This document shows, in pieces, positions 41,846 through 55,989 of a stretch of 64,000 bases of DNA (position 1 is its first letter; each line of letters starts with the position of its first letter). Made by a program: the position numbers and the translations under genes. Under the pieces are notes generated by a model, which saw only the letters and a list, made by a program, of their open reading frames with translations, had not been told where the DNA came from and made no database searches. This DNA is from Octopus vulgaris (Eukaryota), in NCBI GenBank assembly GCA_951406725.2, contig OX597837.1, positions 43,090,001 through 43,154,000 of the forward strand. The letters run 5' to 3'.

Positions 41846-43089
41846 AGATGTGACTATAGCTGTAGAATTTGGGTTCGTTTCTGAAATTATACCTAGAATT
41901 GAAATTATTTGTCAGAAAGAGCCAAGCTTACCAATCTCGTTAAAAATATGGCATTAAATCAAATGAAATTGATTTTCTTATAAAGTCACAGACCAGTGCA
42001 GGCGCGTGGCTTAGTGGTTAGTGTGCTGGACTCATGATCATAACGTTATGGTTTCGATTTCCAGAACAGAAATGCCTTGTGTTCTTGAGTAAAACACTTT
42101 ATTTCTCATAGCAAAAATGAATAATATATTTATAATATATTTATTGACCACAGTAGGCTAAACATAGAGGAGACAGACAAAGGGATTAAGCCGATTACAT
42201 CGACCCCAGTGCATAACTGGTACTTATTTAATCGACCCCCAAAGTCAACCTCGGCAGAATTTGAACTCAGAATGTAAAGACAGGCGAAATACCTGGAGGT
42301 TAATGTCTAAAAGACAAACAGAAAGAAACTCCTGGACTGGCGAGCGGTAGGTCTACTCTGGTGTTGGGTATTGCCTTTCAGACTAGAAATTTTGTGGGAG
42401 AGAACAGGGAATTATCTCGCCCCCTGTACTTGACCGGTACTTCGGTTCATCGACCCCCGGAAGAATGAAAAGTCAAGTTGACTACCTCGAAATTTGAACT
42501 TTGAACAGAACCAATAATACACTATTTAGAATAAACAGCAGAAAGGCATATATTTCACGAAAAATTCAAAATTTAATTATGCTCAACAACAGTTTCAACA
42601 AAATAAAAACATTATCATTTATACTATTACGTAATTAGCATGCATAATTAATTTGGATGTGATGTGTTACCTGAAAATAAAATAAAATAAAATTAAATTA
42701 AAATCACCGTTACCGACTTAAAATACAAATTGATAATAACAACAACAACAACAACAACAATAATAATAATAATCCTTTCTGTTGTAGACACAAGGCCTGG
42801 AATTTTGCGAGGCGGGGGGGTTTAGTCGATTACATCGACCCCATTGCGTAACTGGTACTTATTTAATCGACTCCGAAAGGATGAAAGGTATTTCGTCTGT
42901 CTTTACGTTCTTAGTTCAAATTCCGCCGAGGTCGACTTTCATCCTTTCGGGGTCGATTGAATAAGTACCAGTTATGCACTGGGGTCGATGTAATCGGCTT
43001 AATCCGTTCGTCTGTCCTTGTTTGTCGCCTCTATATTTAGCCCCCTGTGGACAATAAATAAATAAATGATTAATAACAACAACAACAAC

Positions 43090-43155
<66 letters not shown>

Positions 43156-43156
<1 letters not shown>

Positions 43157-43613
43157 GTCTACAGCAAATATTCTGCTCAATACCACAGATTTGCTTGTCA
43201 GTTGTTTGACCTTAACCAGTTGAGCATGTCTCTTAGTGGCTGACGATATGTGCATCTCTGATCACGAGCAGAAGTAGTAGGGGAGCATCATAGCCATGTG
43301 TTGAGAGGGATTCTTTGGGGTTTGAATAATTCACCTCTGGAAACATGGGTGGTTCTTTCAACATCCTTAAACAACCCTTATTCAGGGACCTTTTGAGCGG
43401 GATGGGCTACTCAACCTGAAGAAAATTCTAACTGGGCCCCACCTGCAAGGTCATGTGCTGTTTATCTTGATATGAGATCACCATGTCGCGCACATATGGT
43501 TGTGATGCATGTGCCTGGTGTACCCTTATCAGACGGGTAGTCATGATGGGTATATTGGGCTTCGTATATTTTACCCCAGTGTCACTTTGATGGCATGAAC
43601 TGCTCTCTCACTC
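43156..43613. mobile_element. Second copy (opposite orientation) of the 458-bp (TAA)n-inserted element
   Basis: Reverse complement of 33123-33580 with few substitutions. Confidence 0.9.
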
Positions 43614-43710
43614 AATAATAATAATAATAATTTTAGAAATAGGCCAAATTCAACTCTGACCTCAGACTAAACAACGGAAATAGCGGCGTCAGCCTCAGCA
43701 GCAATAGCAG

Positions 43711-44070
43711 TGGAGGTGCAATGGCCCAGTGGTTAGGGCTGCGGACTCGCGGTCGGAGGATCGCGGTTTCGATTCCCAGACCGGGCGTTGCGTGTGTTTA
43801 TTGAGCGAAAACATCTAAAGCTCCACTTGGCTCCGGCAGGGGGTGGTGGCGACCCCTGTTTTACTCTTTCGCCACAACTTTCTCCCTGTTTCTTGTCCCC
43901 GACTTCCTACGCAACCGCTGAGCCTGGATGCGCATTCATCCATCCGTCGATGCTCTCGGTGTCGGGGGTTGACCTGATTTCTTCTTCTGCGGGTCTTGCG
44001 AATTGCAAGGGACCACGTTTCGGACTTCTCCCATCTTGCGAGCTCTGGGACGAAGACCGTTCGCTCAACA
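43711..44070 (+). mobile_element. SINE family B head with alternative 3' tail
   Basis: Head as 34054; different tail; flanks cagcaatagc/cagcaacagc. Confidence 0.85.
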
Positions 44071-44149
44071 GCAACAGCGTCAGCAACAACATGCAAACAG
44101 AAAAAAAAACAGCCTCACCTCGGTTAGTTTGAAATTAAAAATCCACATG

Positions 44150-44186
44150 GTTTATTATTATTATTATTATTATTATATTCTTTTCC

Positions 44187-44236
<50 letters not shown>

Positions 44237-44248
44237 ATACTCTTTTCC

Positions 44249-44312
<64 letters not shown>

Positions 44313-44334
44313 ATTATTATTATTATTATTAATA

Positions 44335-44383
<49 letters not shown>

Positions 44384-44709
44384 CATTATACTCTTTTCCT
44401 TTTTATTAGAATTCTCACATTGTACTTTGACGAAATATTATTTCATATTCTAAGAATTTTTTCGGTAGATTTTTTGCTATTGTTTTCTTCTAAATTGATT
44501 ATCATAGTTTTATATTTTTTCCAAAACAAAAACAAAAACAAAAAAAAAAACAAGAAAATTTCTTTTAATTTTATTTTATTATATTTTTGCCATCGTAATC
44601 AAAAACACCTTTATAGATTCTGACATGGAAATATCGCTGTTACTGTACATTCTTGCTGTTCGTAATAATATTGTCGCCATTGTTATGATTGGAATAATAA
44701 TGAAACTAA

Positions 44710-44770
<61 letters not shown>

Positions 44771-44853
44771 TAATAGTAATAATAGCAATAATAATACTAA
44801 TAACAACTTTAGCAATAATAATGATAATGATGATGATGATAATAATAATAATA

Positions 44854-44916
<63 letters not shown>

Positions 44917-45001
44917 TTAATAATAATAGTAATAATAGCAATAATAATACTAATAACAACTATAGCAATAATAATAATAATAACTAGTAATAATAATAAT
45001 A

Positions 45002-45033
<32 letters not shown>

Positions 45034-45050
45034 TAGTAATAATAATAATA

Positions 45051-45097
<47 letters not shown>

Positions 45098-45104
45098 CAC
45101 CACC

Positions 45105-45195
<91 letters not shown>

Positions 45196-46304
45196 ACTCC
45201 AGCAAATTAAGCTGTGAAAATCAAGCTCAAGTACTACTTCTATTGCTAATCCTCTCCTACTGGTATTACCACCATCACCACTACTACTACCAATACCATT
45301 ACAACACCACCACCACCACCACCACCACCACCACCACCACCACAACCACCACCACACCACCACCACCACCACCACCACAACCACCACCACCACCACAACC
45401 ACCACCACCACCACCACCACTACCACCACCACCACAACCACCACCACCACCACCCCACACCACCACCACCACCACCACCACCACCACCACCACCACCACC
45501 ACCACCACCACCACCAACCACTACCACCACCACCACAACCACCACCACCACCACCCACCACCACCACCACCACTACCACCACCACCACAACCACCACCAC
45601 CACCACCACCACCACCACTACCACCACCACCACAACCACCACCACCACCACCACCACCACTAACACAACCACCAGCACAACCAACGCCGAGACTACAAGT
45701 ACTAATGCCACTGCTAGTATCACTACCAGTACCACCACCACCACCACCACCACCACCACCACCACCACTCCACCTCCTCCTACTCCTCCTACTCCTCCTA
45801 CTACTACTACTACTACTAGTAGTAGTAGTAGTAGTACTACTACTAGTAGTAGTAGTAGTAGTAGTACACGAAGTCGTTACATACTGTAAGAACAAGGATG
45901 ATATCAACAACATGAACAATAACCGCTATCACACCACCACCACCACCACCACCACCGATGACAACATGAACAACAATACACTCAACATCACTGTCAAAAT
46001 AGTAACAACAACAACATCAACAAACGTTGACGATTGCGAAACAACTGATTGTTTAACATTTCTGGTGCGAACAGACGACATTTTATTGCAGAATTTCATT
46101 TACATATTTCAACTTATTTTTTGCTCAATTATTATTATTATCATTATTATTATTATGAAGATTCTTATTATTATCATTATTATTATCATTATTATTATCA
46201 TTCAGTAGTTTATTATTATTATTATTATTAATATTATTATTATTATTATCATTATTATTATTATTATTATTATTATTCTAATTATTATTATTATTATTAT
46301 CATT

Positions 46305-46372
<68 letters not shown>

Positions 46373-46469
46373 CATTATTATTATTATTATCGTCATTCTT
46401 CTTCTTCTTCTTCTTCTTCTCCTCCCCTCCCCCTTCTACTTCTTATTCTTGTCGTTATTCTTATTATTG

Positions 46470-46545
<76 letters not shown>

Positions 46546-46628
46546 TATTATCATCATCATCATCGTTGTCGTCGTCGTTGCCCTTATCATTATTGTTGTC
46601 CTTATCATTATTGTTGTCATTATTGTTG

Positions 46629-46669
<41 letters not shown>

Positions 46670-46690
46670 TATTATCATTATTTATTATTA
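44150..46690. repeat. Large compound microsatellite block (ATT)n/(AAT)n/(ACC)n/(ACT)n
   Basis: Direct inspection; accounts for the poly-P/T/H/N/I ORFs. Confidence 0.95.
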
Positions 46691-46853
46691 TTTTAGTTAT
46701 GTATTACAATTTTTTTTTTATTATCACATATTGTTTGTTGTTTTTATTCTGGTAATCAATAAATAAATAATATTAATAATGGATTTTTGCACGGAATATT
46801 CTGAAGGAAGAAAAAATCGCAGCTCGCAAAAAAATGCATAGAGGAAAAAATAG

Positions 46854-46908
<55 letters not shown>

Positions 46909-47472
46909 TATCAATGCAGAATAGAAAAAGTTTAGCACTTGGACTTCCATATATTTTAATGTACAAGAACAGGTGTCAGTTTTAATTTCAAATTATTCCT
47001 AGCAAAGATTTTTATATTCACAACAATAACAGCCACAGTCGCAGCCGTATTACCTGCAGCAGCAGTGGTAGTGGTAGTAGCGTCGGTGACAGAGGTGGCG
47101 ATGGCAGCAAAGGCGATGACAGCAGAGGTGGTGGCAGCAGCGGAAGAGCACTAGTGGCGGCAGCAGTATAGAGACGTATGTGCAACTCCGATGAGGAAGT
47201 TCGGTTTGTATCTATGACGTTCCTGCCTTCATAATACATTAGTGGGACATGGTGTATGCATCTTCCACTGCACAGCAGAGGTTTGTAAGTGAATTGTGAT
47301 AGGGAAGAAACTGTGGAGAAAGACATCTTTTCGTTCCCTTTCAGAGTTGCAACTATTAGTGGCTTGGAGTTTTAACTGCTCTTTCTAGTGAGTCAGATGT
47401 CCCATTATAGTCATCTCTTATGTGTTTAAATGTACACTGTATTTCTCTCTCTCACTCTCACTCTCTCTTCCC

Positions 47473-47503
<31 letters not shown>

Positions 47504-47504
47504 G

Positions 47505-47700
47505 GAGCACTCCGTCGGTTACGACGGCGAGGGTCTCAGCTGATACGATCACCGGAACAGCTTGCTCGTGAAATTAAAGTGCAGCAAGTGGCTGGGCACT
47601 TCACAGACACGTATACCCTTAATGTAGTACTCAGGGAGATTTAGCGTGACACAGAGCGTGACAAGGCTGGCCCTTTGAAATACAGGTACTACTAATTTTT
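47505..47700 (-). mobile_element. SINE family B-related 3' half, cut off by the 47698-48121 inverted repeat
   Basis: Family tail; homology stops at tactaattttt. Confidence 0.85.
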
Positions 47701-48121
47701 GTGAAAGGCAACAAACGCCAAGGTATAACAAGCATCTCAAGTCATATACATTATTATTCTTAAATTATTTGAGGTCTTACAGCCGTTTCTGGGATATCTC
47801 AAGTGATGGCCGAGTATGCCTGAATATGGAGTATTCCGTCATCAGACAAAACAGAAAGAATATGAAGGATCTAGACGTGGAAATAATCAGATATGAGATT
47901 TAGACATGGAAAATTAAATGCTTATTATCTGTGAATTTTCCATGTGTAGATCCTTCATATTTTCTCTTTGTCTGATGACGGAATACTCAATATTCAGGCA
48001 TACTCGCCTATCACTTGGAATATTCCAGAAACGGCTGTAAGACCTCAAATGATTTAAGAATAATATTGTATATGACTTGAATGTTTGTTATGCCTTGGTG
48101 GTTGTTGTCCTCTTTCACAAA
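47698..48121. mobile_element. Imperfect ~420-bp palindrome, Penelope-like, one hammerhead-like motif per arm
   Basis: Arms of ~180 bp are mutually reverse-complementary; plus arm CTGATGA-C-GGAATA...TATTCC-A-GAAAC-ggct-GTA-agac (47972-48043). Confidence 0.8.
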
Positions 48122-48474
48122 CATATAAAGCTCCCGTCTCGGTTACGAGCTTGGAACCCTGATAACCCGTTACAACACTTACCCAGCGTACGTTTTCGTT
48201 TAGATCACTAGGGAACTAAACCCCCACATTCTGTATATAAATATATATATATATATATAAATAGAAGTCCTTTCCAACCCTATAATTTTCCCCATATATA
48301 CAGGAGCAGGAGTGATTGTGTGGTAAGTAGCTTGCTTACCAACCTCATGGTTCCGGGTTCAGTCCCACTGCGTGGCACCTTGGCCAAGTGTCTTCTACTG
48401 TAGGCTCGGGCCGACCAAAAGCCTTGTGAGTGGATTTGGTAGATGGAAACTGAAAGAAGCCTGTCGTATATATG

Positions 48475-48507
<33 letters not shown>

Positions 48508-48899
48508 GTTATAAAATGAGATAGGGGTTGAAAATTCAACCCACCATGGGATAATATATATCCAATATACTGCTAGATAGGTACCCAACAAAAATTAATA
48601 CATAGATGTTAGAAATTGTCAAGCAATCAGTTCATCTATTGTATTAAATGGGTAAGGGTAATAATATTACCGTAAATTAATACTACAAAATTAGAGAATG
48701 GAGAAACATACTTAAATCAATAAAGCATCAACTATCCGATGATACTCAATCCATACTTTAATACACCATTACATAGGAGTAAAGGCAATATATAAAATGA
48801 AATGAGATATACAGTAATAGTAAAAGTAAAAGTAAAAGTAAAAAGATAAAGAGATATAAGTAAAAAATTACAAATACAATATGCAAATAAATCAAAACT

Positions 48900-49003
48900 G
48901 ACAGCTGTTTCGGCAGTGAGGACAGTCATACCTCATTTAACCTATAAGCCATAAAGGCAGGTGTAAATGAGGCATTAACAAAGATGCCCCACGGCCTCTT
49001 CAG
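48900..49003 (-). ncRNA. Type-I hammerhead-ribozyme-like motif (left arm)
   Basis: Mirror of 50267-50369. Confidence 0.65.
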
Positions 49004-49346
49004 AGAATTAAATTAAATTGTTATAATAGTGAAAAATATTATATAATCATATACATATAAATATAAAAATATAAAAAAGTAAAATATAAAAACTTATACA
49101 TCATAATGCTACACTTGTATAATATAATACATATTTGTACAAAAAGGAAGGCAACCAGAACAAAATAAAACAAAATATATAACAGTGTATATATAATATT
49201 AATAAGTACCGATATCATACATATTTAGCTAATAGTTTTTTTATAAAAAAAAGGGGCTAACACATATGGAGATGAAAAATAATAATAATTAAATCCGTGG
49301 TACAGTTCATAAAATTCTAAAGCTATAAAAGTTAATAAAAATTACT

Positions 49347-49383
<37 letters not shown>

Positions 49384-49885
49384 GTAATAATAATAAAAAA
49401 TAATAAAAATAGATACAGTTAAGTTATCACCAAGTCCATCCTTCCAAGATCGAAATAACTATGAGTTAAGAAATGCTGACCACTAGGTAAAGAAAATTTA
49501 GATTAATTCGATTGGCTATTGGTTTGAAATTTAAATCACAAAAGAAAATTATACGGTTGGTTAGTCAGGGAACGCCAATATTCACACACGCATCTACAGA
49601 TCAATCGCACATACACACATAGTTATATGTATATACATACATATAACTATGTGTGTATGTGCGATTGATCTGTAGATGCGTGTGTGAATATTGGCGTTCC
49701 CTGACTAACCAACCGTATAATTTTCTTTTGTGATTTAAATTTCAAACCAATAGCCAATCGAATTAATCTAAATTTTCTTTACCTAGTGGTCAGCATTTCT
49801 TAACTCATAGTTATTTCGATCTTGGAAGGATGGACTTGGTGATAACTTAACTGTATCTATTTTTATTATTTTTTATTATTATTAC

Positions 49886-49922
<37 letters not shown>

Positions 49923-50266
49923 AGTAATTTTTATTAACTTTTATAGCTTTAGAATTTTATGAACTGTACCACGGATTTAATTATTATTATTTTTCATCTC
50001 CATATGTGTTAGCCCCTTTTTTTATAAAAAAAACTATTAGCTAAATATGTATGATATCGGTACTTATTAATATTATATATACACTGTTATATATTTTGTT
50101 TTATTTTGTTCTGGTTACCTTCCTTTTTGTACAAATATGTATTATATTATACAAGTGTAGCATTATGATGTATAAGTTTTTATATTTTACTTTTTTATAT
50201 TTTTATATTTATATGTATATGATTATATAATATTTTTCACTATTATAACAATTTTAATTTAATTCT

Positions 50267-50369
50267 CTGAAGAGGCCGTGGGGCATCTTGTTAATGCCTC
50301 ATTTACACCTGCCTTTATGGCTTATAGGTTAAATGAGGTATGACTGTCCTCACTGCCGAAACAGCTGTC
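50267..50369 (+). ncRNA. Type-I hammerhead-ribozyme-like motif (right arm)
   Basis: CTGAAGA-GGC...GCC-GAAAC-AGCT-GTC: intact core, G10.1-C11.1 pair, extended stem II (gtgggg/cctcac; cctcattta/taaatgagg), palindromic stem III, GUC triplet; stem I short. Confidence 0.65.
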
Positions 50370-50562
50370 AGTTTTGATTTATTTGCATATTGTATTTGTA
50401 ATTTTTTACTTATATCTCTTTATCTTTTTACTTTTACTTTTACTTTTACTATTACTGTATATCTCATTTCATTTTATATATTGCCTTTACTCCTATGTAA
50501 TGGTGTATTAAAGTATGGATTGAGTATCATCGGATAGTTGATGCTTTATTGATTTAAGTATG

Positions 50563-50624
<62 letters not shown>

Positions 50625-51741
50625 GTATATATATGTGTGTGTGTGTGTGTATTTGTGTGTCTGTGTTTATTCCCCCAACATCGCTTGACAACCGATACTG
50701 GTGTGTTTCCGTCCCCGTAACTTAGCGGTTCGGCAAAAAGAGACCGATAGTATGAGTACTAGGCTTACAGAGAATGAGTCCTGGAGTTGATTTGCTCGAC
50801 TAAAGGCGGTGCTCCAGCATGGTCGCAGTCAAATGACTGAAACAAGTAAAAGAGTAAAAGATATATATCTATATCTATATCTTTCAATATATATATATAG
50901 AACACCAAAAATAACGACGTTGAAAATTCCAGTTTTTGTAGAATGTTATTTGCTTCTTCATACAACCTGTACTGAGCTGTTTCGAATTTGGGATCGTGAC
51001 AGATCAGGCAGTAGCTATCGTAATAGACTTTCTAATTCCGGTTTATAGATAATCCAATTTATCTACATCATTTAGAAACGCGCAGACCTCATAAATTCTT
51101 ATTCACTCTATAATATAAAATTTATCACCTTCTTACCTTCTATACTAACGAATCAATATCTATTTCACTCCCAACATATTGTTTGACCCGAGAAATATCA
51201 ACTTTAAGCAACCTGCATCTATCATTCCTTGTAAATGCTGTCTTGAAATGAATTAATAATCGGAGCTGTCTACTTCATGTTGTAACTTTAAGGTTTTATC
51301 TTACCAATTTCCATCGTTTCACCTTGGAAGTTATACATCTTGCCACTTCAAGCACCAAATGGTGGATTTTCTTGCTTTATGGACTAAGCTTCCCTTTTTT
51401 TTTTTACAACGTTCAGGTTTAATGTTGTCTTTAGCGTAGTACAGATTAGTTTTTGGCGACTCAAGTACATAACATGGTCGAGCGTATTTCCTGTTTTGTA
51501 CAACGAATATTGCCCATTCGAAAACATGTACACCACTTTCACTTTTACTATCCTATACATAAGAGTGCTACAAAGCAGAGATGAGAATTAATATTGTGAA
51601 GTAAGAGACATTGATCCTCTGAAGAATGTTCTTCCCAGCGCGTTCTGCCTTTTAGCGGAACATCGCCAAGGCAAATGGAGAAGTTGAAACACCCCGGGGT
51701 GAAGATATTTAGTATAATGGCAGATATTTAGTTTAGTGGTT

Positions 51742-51901
51742 AGGCGTAGGAGTGGCTGTGTGGTAAGTAGCGTGCTTACGAACCACATGGTTCCGGGGTC
51801 AGTCCTACTATGTGGCACCTTGGTCAAGTGTCTTCTACAATAGCCTTGGGCCGACCAAGCCTTGTGAGTGGATTTGGTAGTTGGAAACTGAAAGAAGCCC
51901 G

Positions 51902-51982
<81 letters not shown>

Positions 51983-52178
51983 TCACCCAACATCGCTTGA
52001 CAACCGATGCTGGTGTGTTTACGTCCCCATAACTTAGCGGTTCGGCAAAAGAGACCGATAGGATAAGTACTAGGCTTACAAAGAATAAGTCCTGGGGTCG
52101 ATTTGCTCGATCGACTAAAGGCAGTGCTCCAGCATGTCCATAGTAAAATGACTGAAACAAGTAAAAGAGTAAAAGAGT
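51742..52178 (+). mobile_element. Full-length SINE family A
   Basis: Head, (TA)n(TG)n and tail complete. Confidence 0.92.
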
Positions 52179-52584
52179 ATACTGGTGAAAAAGTAAGGAG
52201 AATAAGATCTTGACATGCGAAGAACGGTCAATTTTCTCAAGAATTTTAAAGCGCTCAGATTAAGTCTTGCAGTGAAGACGGGAAAAGAATTCCAGAAGGA
52301 CAAAGATCTGAATTTGAGAAGTGAAGCGCAATAGCAATGAAAGGCTGTTGTCATTGTTGTTCTGTATCTTTATTTGTTTTAGTCATTAGACTGCGGCCAA
52401 GCTGGGGCACCACTTTGAAGAATTATCTTCAGTCGGTGGTGCTCCAGCATGGCCGCGGCCTTCGGGCTAAAACATTTTAAAGGATTTTTTTAAGGATTTA
52501 AGTCGAATGAATCGACTCCGGTACTTATCCCTTTTTAAAGCCTGGTATTTATTCTATCGCTCTATTTTGCCGAACTGACACACA

Positions 52585-52620
<36 letters not shown>

Positions 52621-52889
52621 AATCGATTACATTGACCCCCAGCGATCGACTGGTAATTGTTTTATCTATACCGAAAGGATGAAAGGCAAAGTCAACCACT
52701 GCGGAATTTGAACTCAGAACATAAAGAACCGAAAAAAAATGTCACAAAGCACTTTGTTCGACCTGCTGACAGTTCTGCCAGCTCATCGCCTTTCGTTACA
52801 GAAAAGTAGGGGAAGCATATGTTGAGGGCCCTCTGCCCTTCTAGTTCAGAAGCGTAGTAGCTGTTATAGCATGAAAAAGGAGGGAGATA

Positions 52890-53572
52890 GAGTTCAAATT
52901 CCGTCGAGGTCGACTTTGCCTTTCTTCCTTTCGGGGTCGATTAGATAAGTACCAGTTACGCACTGGGGTCGATATAATCGACTTAATCCGTTTGTCTGTC
53001 CTTGTTTTTCCTCTCTGTGTTTGGCTCCTTGTGGTTAGTAAAGAAATAGGTATTTCTTCTGCCGTTACGCTGCGAGTTCAAATTCCGCCGATGTCGACTT
53101 TGCCTTTCACCCTTTCGGGGTCGATTAAATAAGTACCAGTTACGCACTGGGGTCGATTTAATAGACTTAATCCGTTTGTCTGTCCTTGTTTGTCCCCTCT
53201 GTGTCTAGCCTCTTGTGGTTAGTAAAGAAATAGGTATTTCTTCTGCCATTACGTTGCAAGTTCAAATTCCGCCGAGGTCGACTTTGCCTTTCATCCTTTC
53301 GGGGTCGATTAAATAAGTACCAGTTACGCACTGGGGTCGATGTAATCGACTTAATCCGTTTGTCTGTCCTTGTTTGTCCTCTCTGTGTTTAGCCCCTTGT
53401 GGGTAGTAAAGAAATAGGTATTTCATCTGTCTTTACGTTCTGATTTCAAATTCCATCGGGGCCGAATTTGTTTTTCGCCCTTCCGATGTCGATAGAATAA
53501 GTACCAGTTGAGCACTGGAGTCGATTTAATCGCCTAGCCCTTTCGCCCAGCATTTCAAGTTTTGTGCCTTGA
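52890..53572 (+). mobile_element. SINE family C tetramer (~184-bp period)
   Basis: gagttcaaattcc-like starts at ~52890, 53074, 53259 and 53442. Confidence 0.9.
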
Positions 53573-53734
53573 GTAGTGTTATGTCGCACGTTCGGATGAC
53601 CTCTACTCAACCTCTCTCTCACCGCTACTCTCACTCTTCCCCCAACGTCTAGACTTCTCCCTCTATATCTACGCATTGGGCTAGCCTACCTCATCGTCTG
53701 AGGGCGTCCACACACCAAGTAGAAAGCATTATTA

Positions 53735-54200
53735 TTGACAGCAAACTGGTAAAAGCGTTAACACGCCAAAATAATTGCTTAGCAGCATTTCGTCCGTCTT
53801 TACGTTCTCAGTTCAAATTCCGCCGGAGCCGACGTTCAATTTCATCCCTCCGTGGTCGATAAAATAAGTACCTATTTCTTTACTACCCACAAGGGGCTAA
53901 ACATAGAGGGGACAGACAAGGACAGACAAACGGATTAAGTTGATTACATCGATCCCAGTGCGTAACTGGTACTTAATTTATCGACCCCGAAAGGATGAAA
54001 GGCAAAGTCGACCTCAGCGGAATTTGAACTCAGAGCGTAATAGCAGGCGAAATACGGCCACGCATTTCGTCCGGCGTGCTAACGTTTCTGCCAGCTCGCC
54101 GATGTCGATAAAATAAATACCAGTTAAGCACTGGGGTCGAGTTAATCGACATAGACCCTTCCCTCCAAACTAGCAGCTGTGACAACATTTTAAACCATTA
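53735..54200. mobile_element. SINE family C (minus, ~53872-54101) nested in a plus-strand family C copy
   Basis: gtcgataaaataa occurs on both sides of the inner copy. Confidence 0.8.
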
Positions 54201-54857
54201 TTACTAGTCAAGGAAGTGACAGGAAAATGAAGAAGTGGTTTTTCAGTTACAGGTCTGGTTGGAAGGAGGGAGCTGTGTCCATCTCTTGGACATTCTATGA
54301 TCTCTGCGTCCGGTGAGACCAACGTGGTTATTATTATTCTTATCTAGCAACCGGGAAATAACAATAATAGCAACAACAACAGCAGCATCAACAGCACAAA
54401 GATAGAGGAGGAAAATGAGAAGTCTGACATTCTGGAAAAGAATGACGAAGATTAGTGGATAGTGTAGGTCTTGGGAGTGGAGGCAGATGTGGATACCAAA
54501 TGGCTGAATTACATTGAGGTTTTCAAATCAGCCCTCCCCCATACCATCCTACTTCGATTCCACTGTTTACATAATGCGTTATTGAATGTGTAGAAGCAGT
54601 AAAAACAGATCGTTTCTACTGAGAATATTTCATTATTATTTTATTTTCTACTTTATATTAATATTTTGCCCTTCAATGAAATATTCATTGCTTCGTTCCC
54701 AATTGACTACATTTATATAATATACATACATATACATATACACTCACATACATACATACTTGCATACATACAAATGTATGTATGTATATATACATATATA
54801 TATATATACACATATATATATATATGTATATACACACACATATAAAATATATATAGA

Positions 54858-54897
<40 letters not shown>

Positions 54898-54975
54898 AAC
54901 ATACGCACATACACATATAAACATATATAATATATACATAGATATATACATATCTATGTATATATATATATGTAC

Positions 54976-55007
<32 letters not shown>

Positions 55008-55042
55008 GTAAATATACATCTATCTATCTATCTATCTATCTA

Positions 55043-55112
<70 letters not shown>

Positions 55113-55120
55113 ATATATAT

Positions 55121-55173
<53 letters not shown>

Positions 55174-55989
55174 TGTATATGTACATATGTATATCTTTTT
55201 ATTATTTTCCCAAACATATGTTTCATACATATTTATTTTGGCTCCTGCTATGCTCCAACATTATTAACTTCAAATAATATGCATCTATTCCGTTTCATTC
55301 TTTCTTCTTTTTTTTATCATATTTCTCCTAATAATTGAACATAACTAAGTTCGTTATATAAAGTCTCATATTCAATTCAAAAAGAATATTTTGTTTATGA
55401 AGTAAAAGTAATTCCATACAGTAGCAAATTACTTTGTCTGAGCTAGTTTTTGTCATTAAGAAAAAAAAAAACTTTTGTTTTTAATTCAGCTTAATAGATG
55501 CAGGCATGGCTGGACGGTCGTGTTAAGAGTTCAGGTGTTTTCAGGTTCAACCCCACTGTGCAGCACTTTGGCACGTGTCTTCGTCTACGGTTCCTGGTCA
55601 CCCAATCCCCTGGGAAACTATTTGAAATTCCGACCGCATCGCTACGCGCGTTTCCACGTATAGTATGTTATTAAGATCATACTCCGTATTCCTGGGATGA
55701 TTACTGTGCAATCCGTAGTATCTATGGACATCGGGTAAATCCTGTTCATGCAATACCGTAACTCGAAATTGGGAATCATGGTTATCGTTGGTTAATATGA
55801 TACCATGCTATCATGAAAACATTTTTTCTTCTATCGGTTTCAGCTCAAAGCTGCGATAATGCTGGGGCATCGCCGTTAAATATATTTAAATATATATATA
55901 CATATATAATGTGGCCCTTTAAACCAGATATTGTATTGAAAAGACACATAGATTGCGTATCCGATTTGGATCATCAAGAGCTGCAGATA

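Larger units (their letters stand above)
48705..50564. repeat. Near-perfect 1.86-kb palindrome (arms ~928 bp, 4-nt spacer 49633-49636)
   Basis: Arms pair from aacatacttaaatc (48705) to gatttaagtatgtt (50564); identical 65-aa ORFs mirrored at 48732-48929(-) and 50340-50537(+). Confidence 0.97.
48301..50860 (+). mobile_element. SINE family A split by a ~2.06-kb insertion (head 48301-48470; tail 50651-50860)
   Basis: Head and tail are collinear with the intact copy at 51742-52178; the insert sits in the internal (TA)n. Confidence 0.85.

Noticed and set aside
45192-46208. 338-aa Pro/Thr/His-rich extensin-like ORF
   Set aside because: Translation of (ACC)n/(ACT)n/(ATT)n microsatellites; overlapping frames and the opposite strand are also largely open; no domain.
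48732-50537. Duplicated 65-aa hydrophobic ORF
   Set aside because: Mirror copies arise from the palindrome; T-rich sequence overlapping the hammerhead motif.
50900-52360. Possible decayed coding sequence around the 51742 SINE
   Set aside because: Multiple stops in the frames examined and no recognisable motif.
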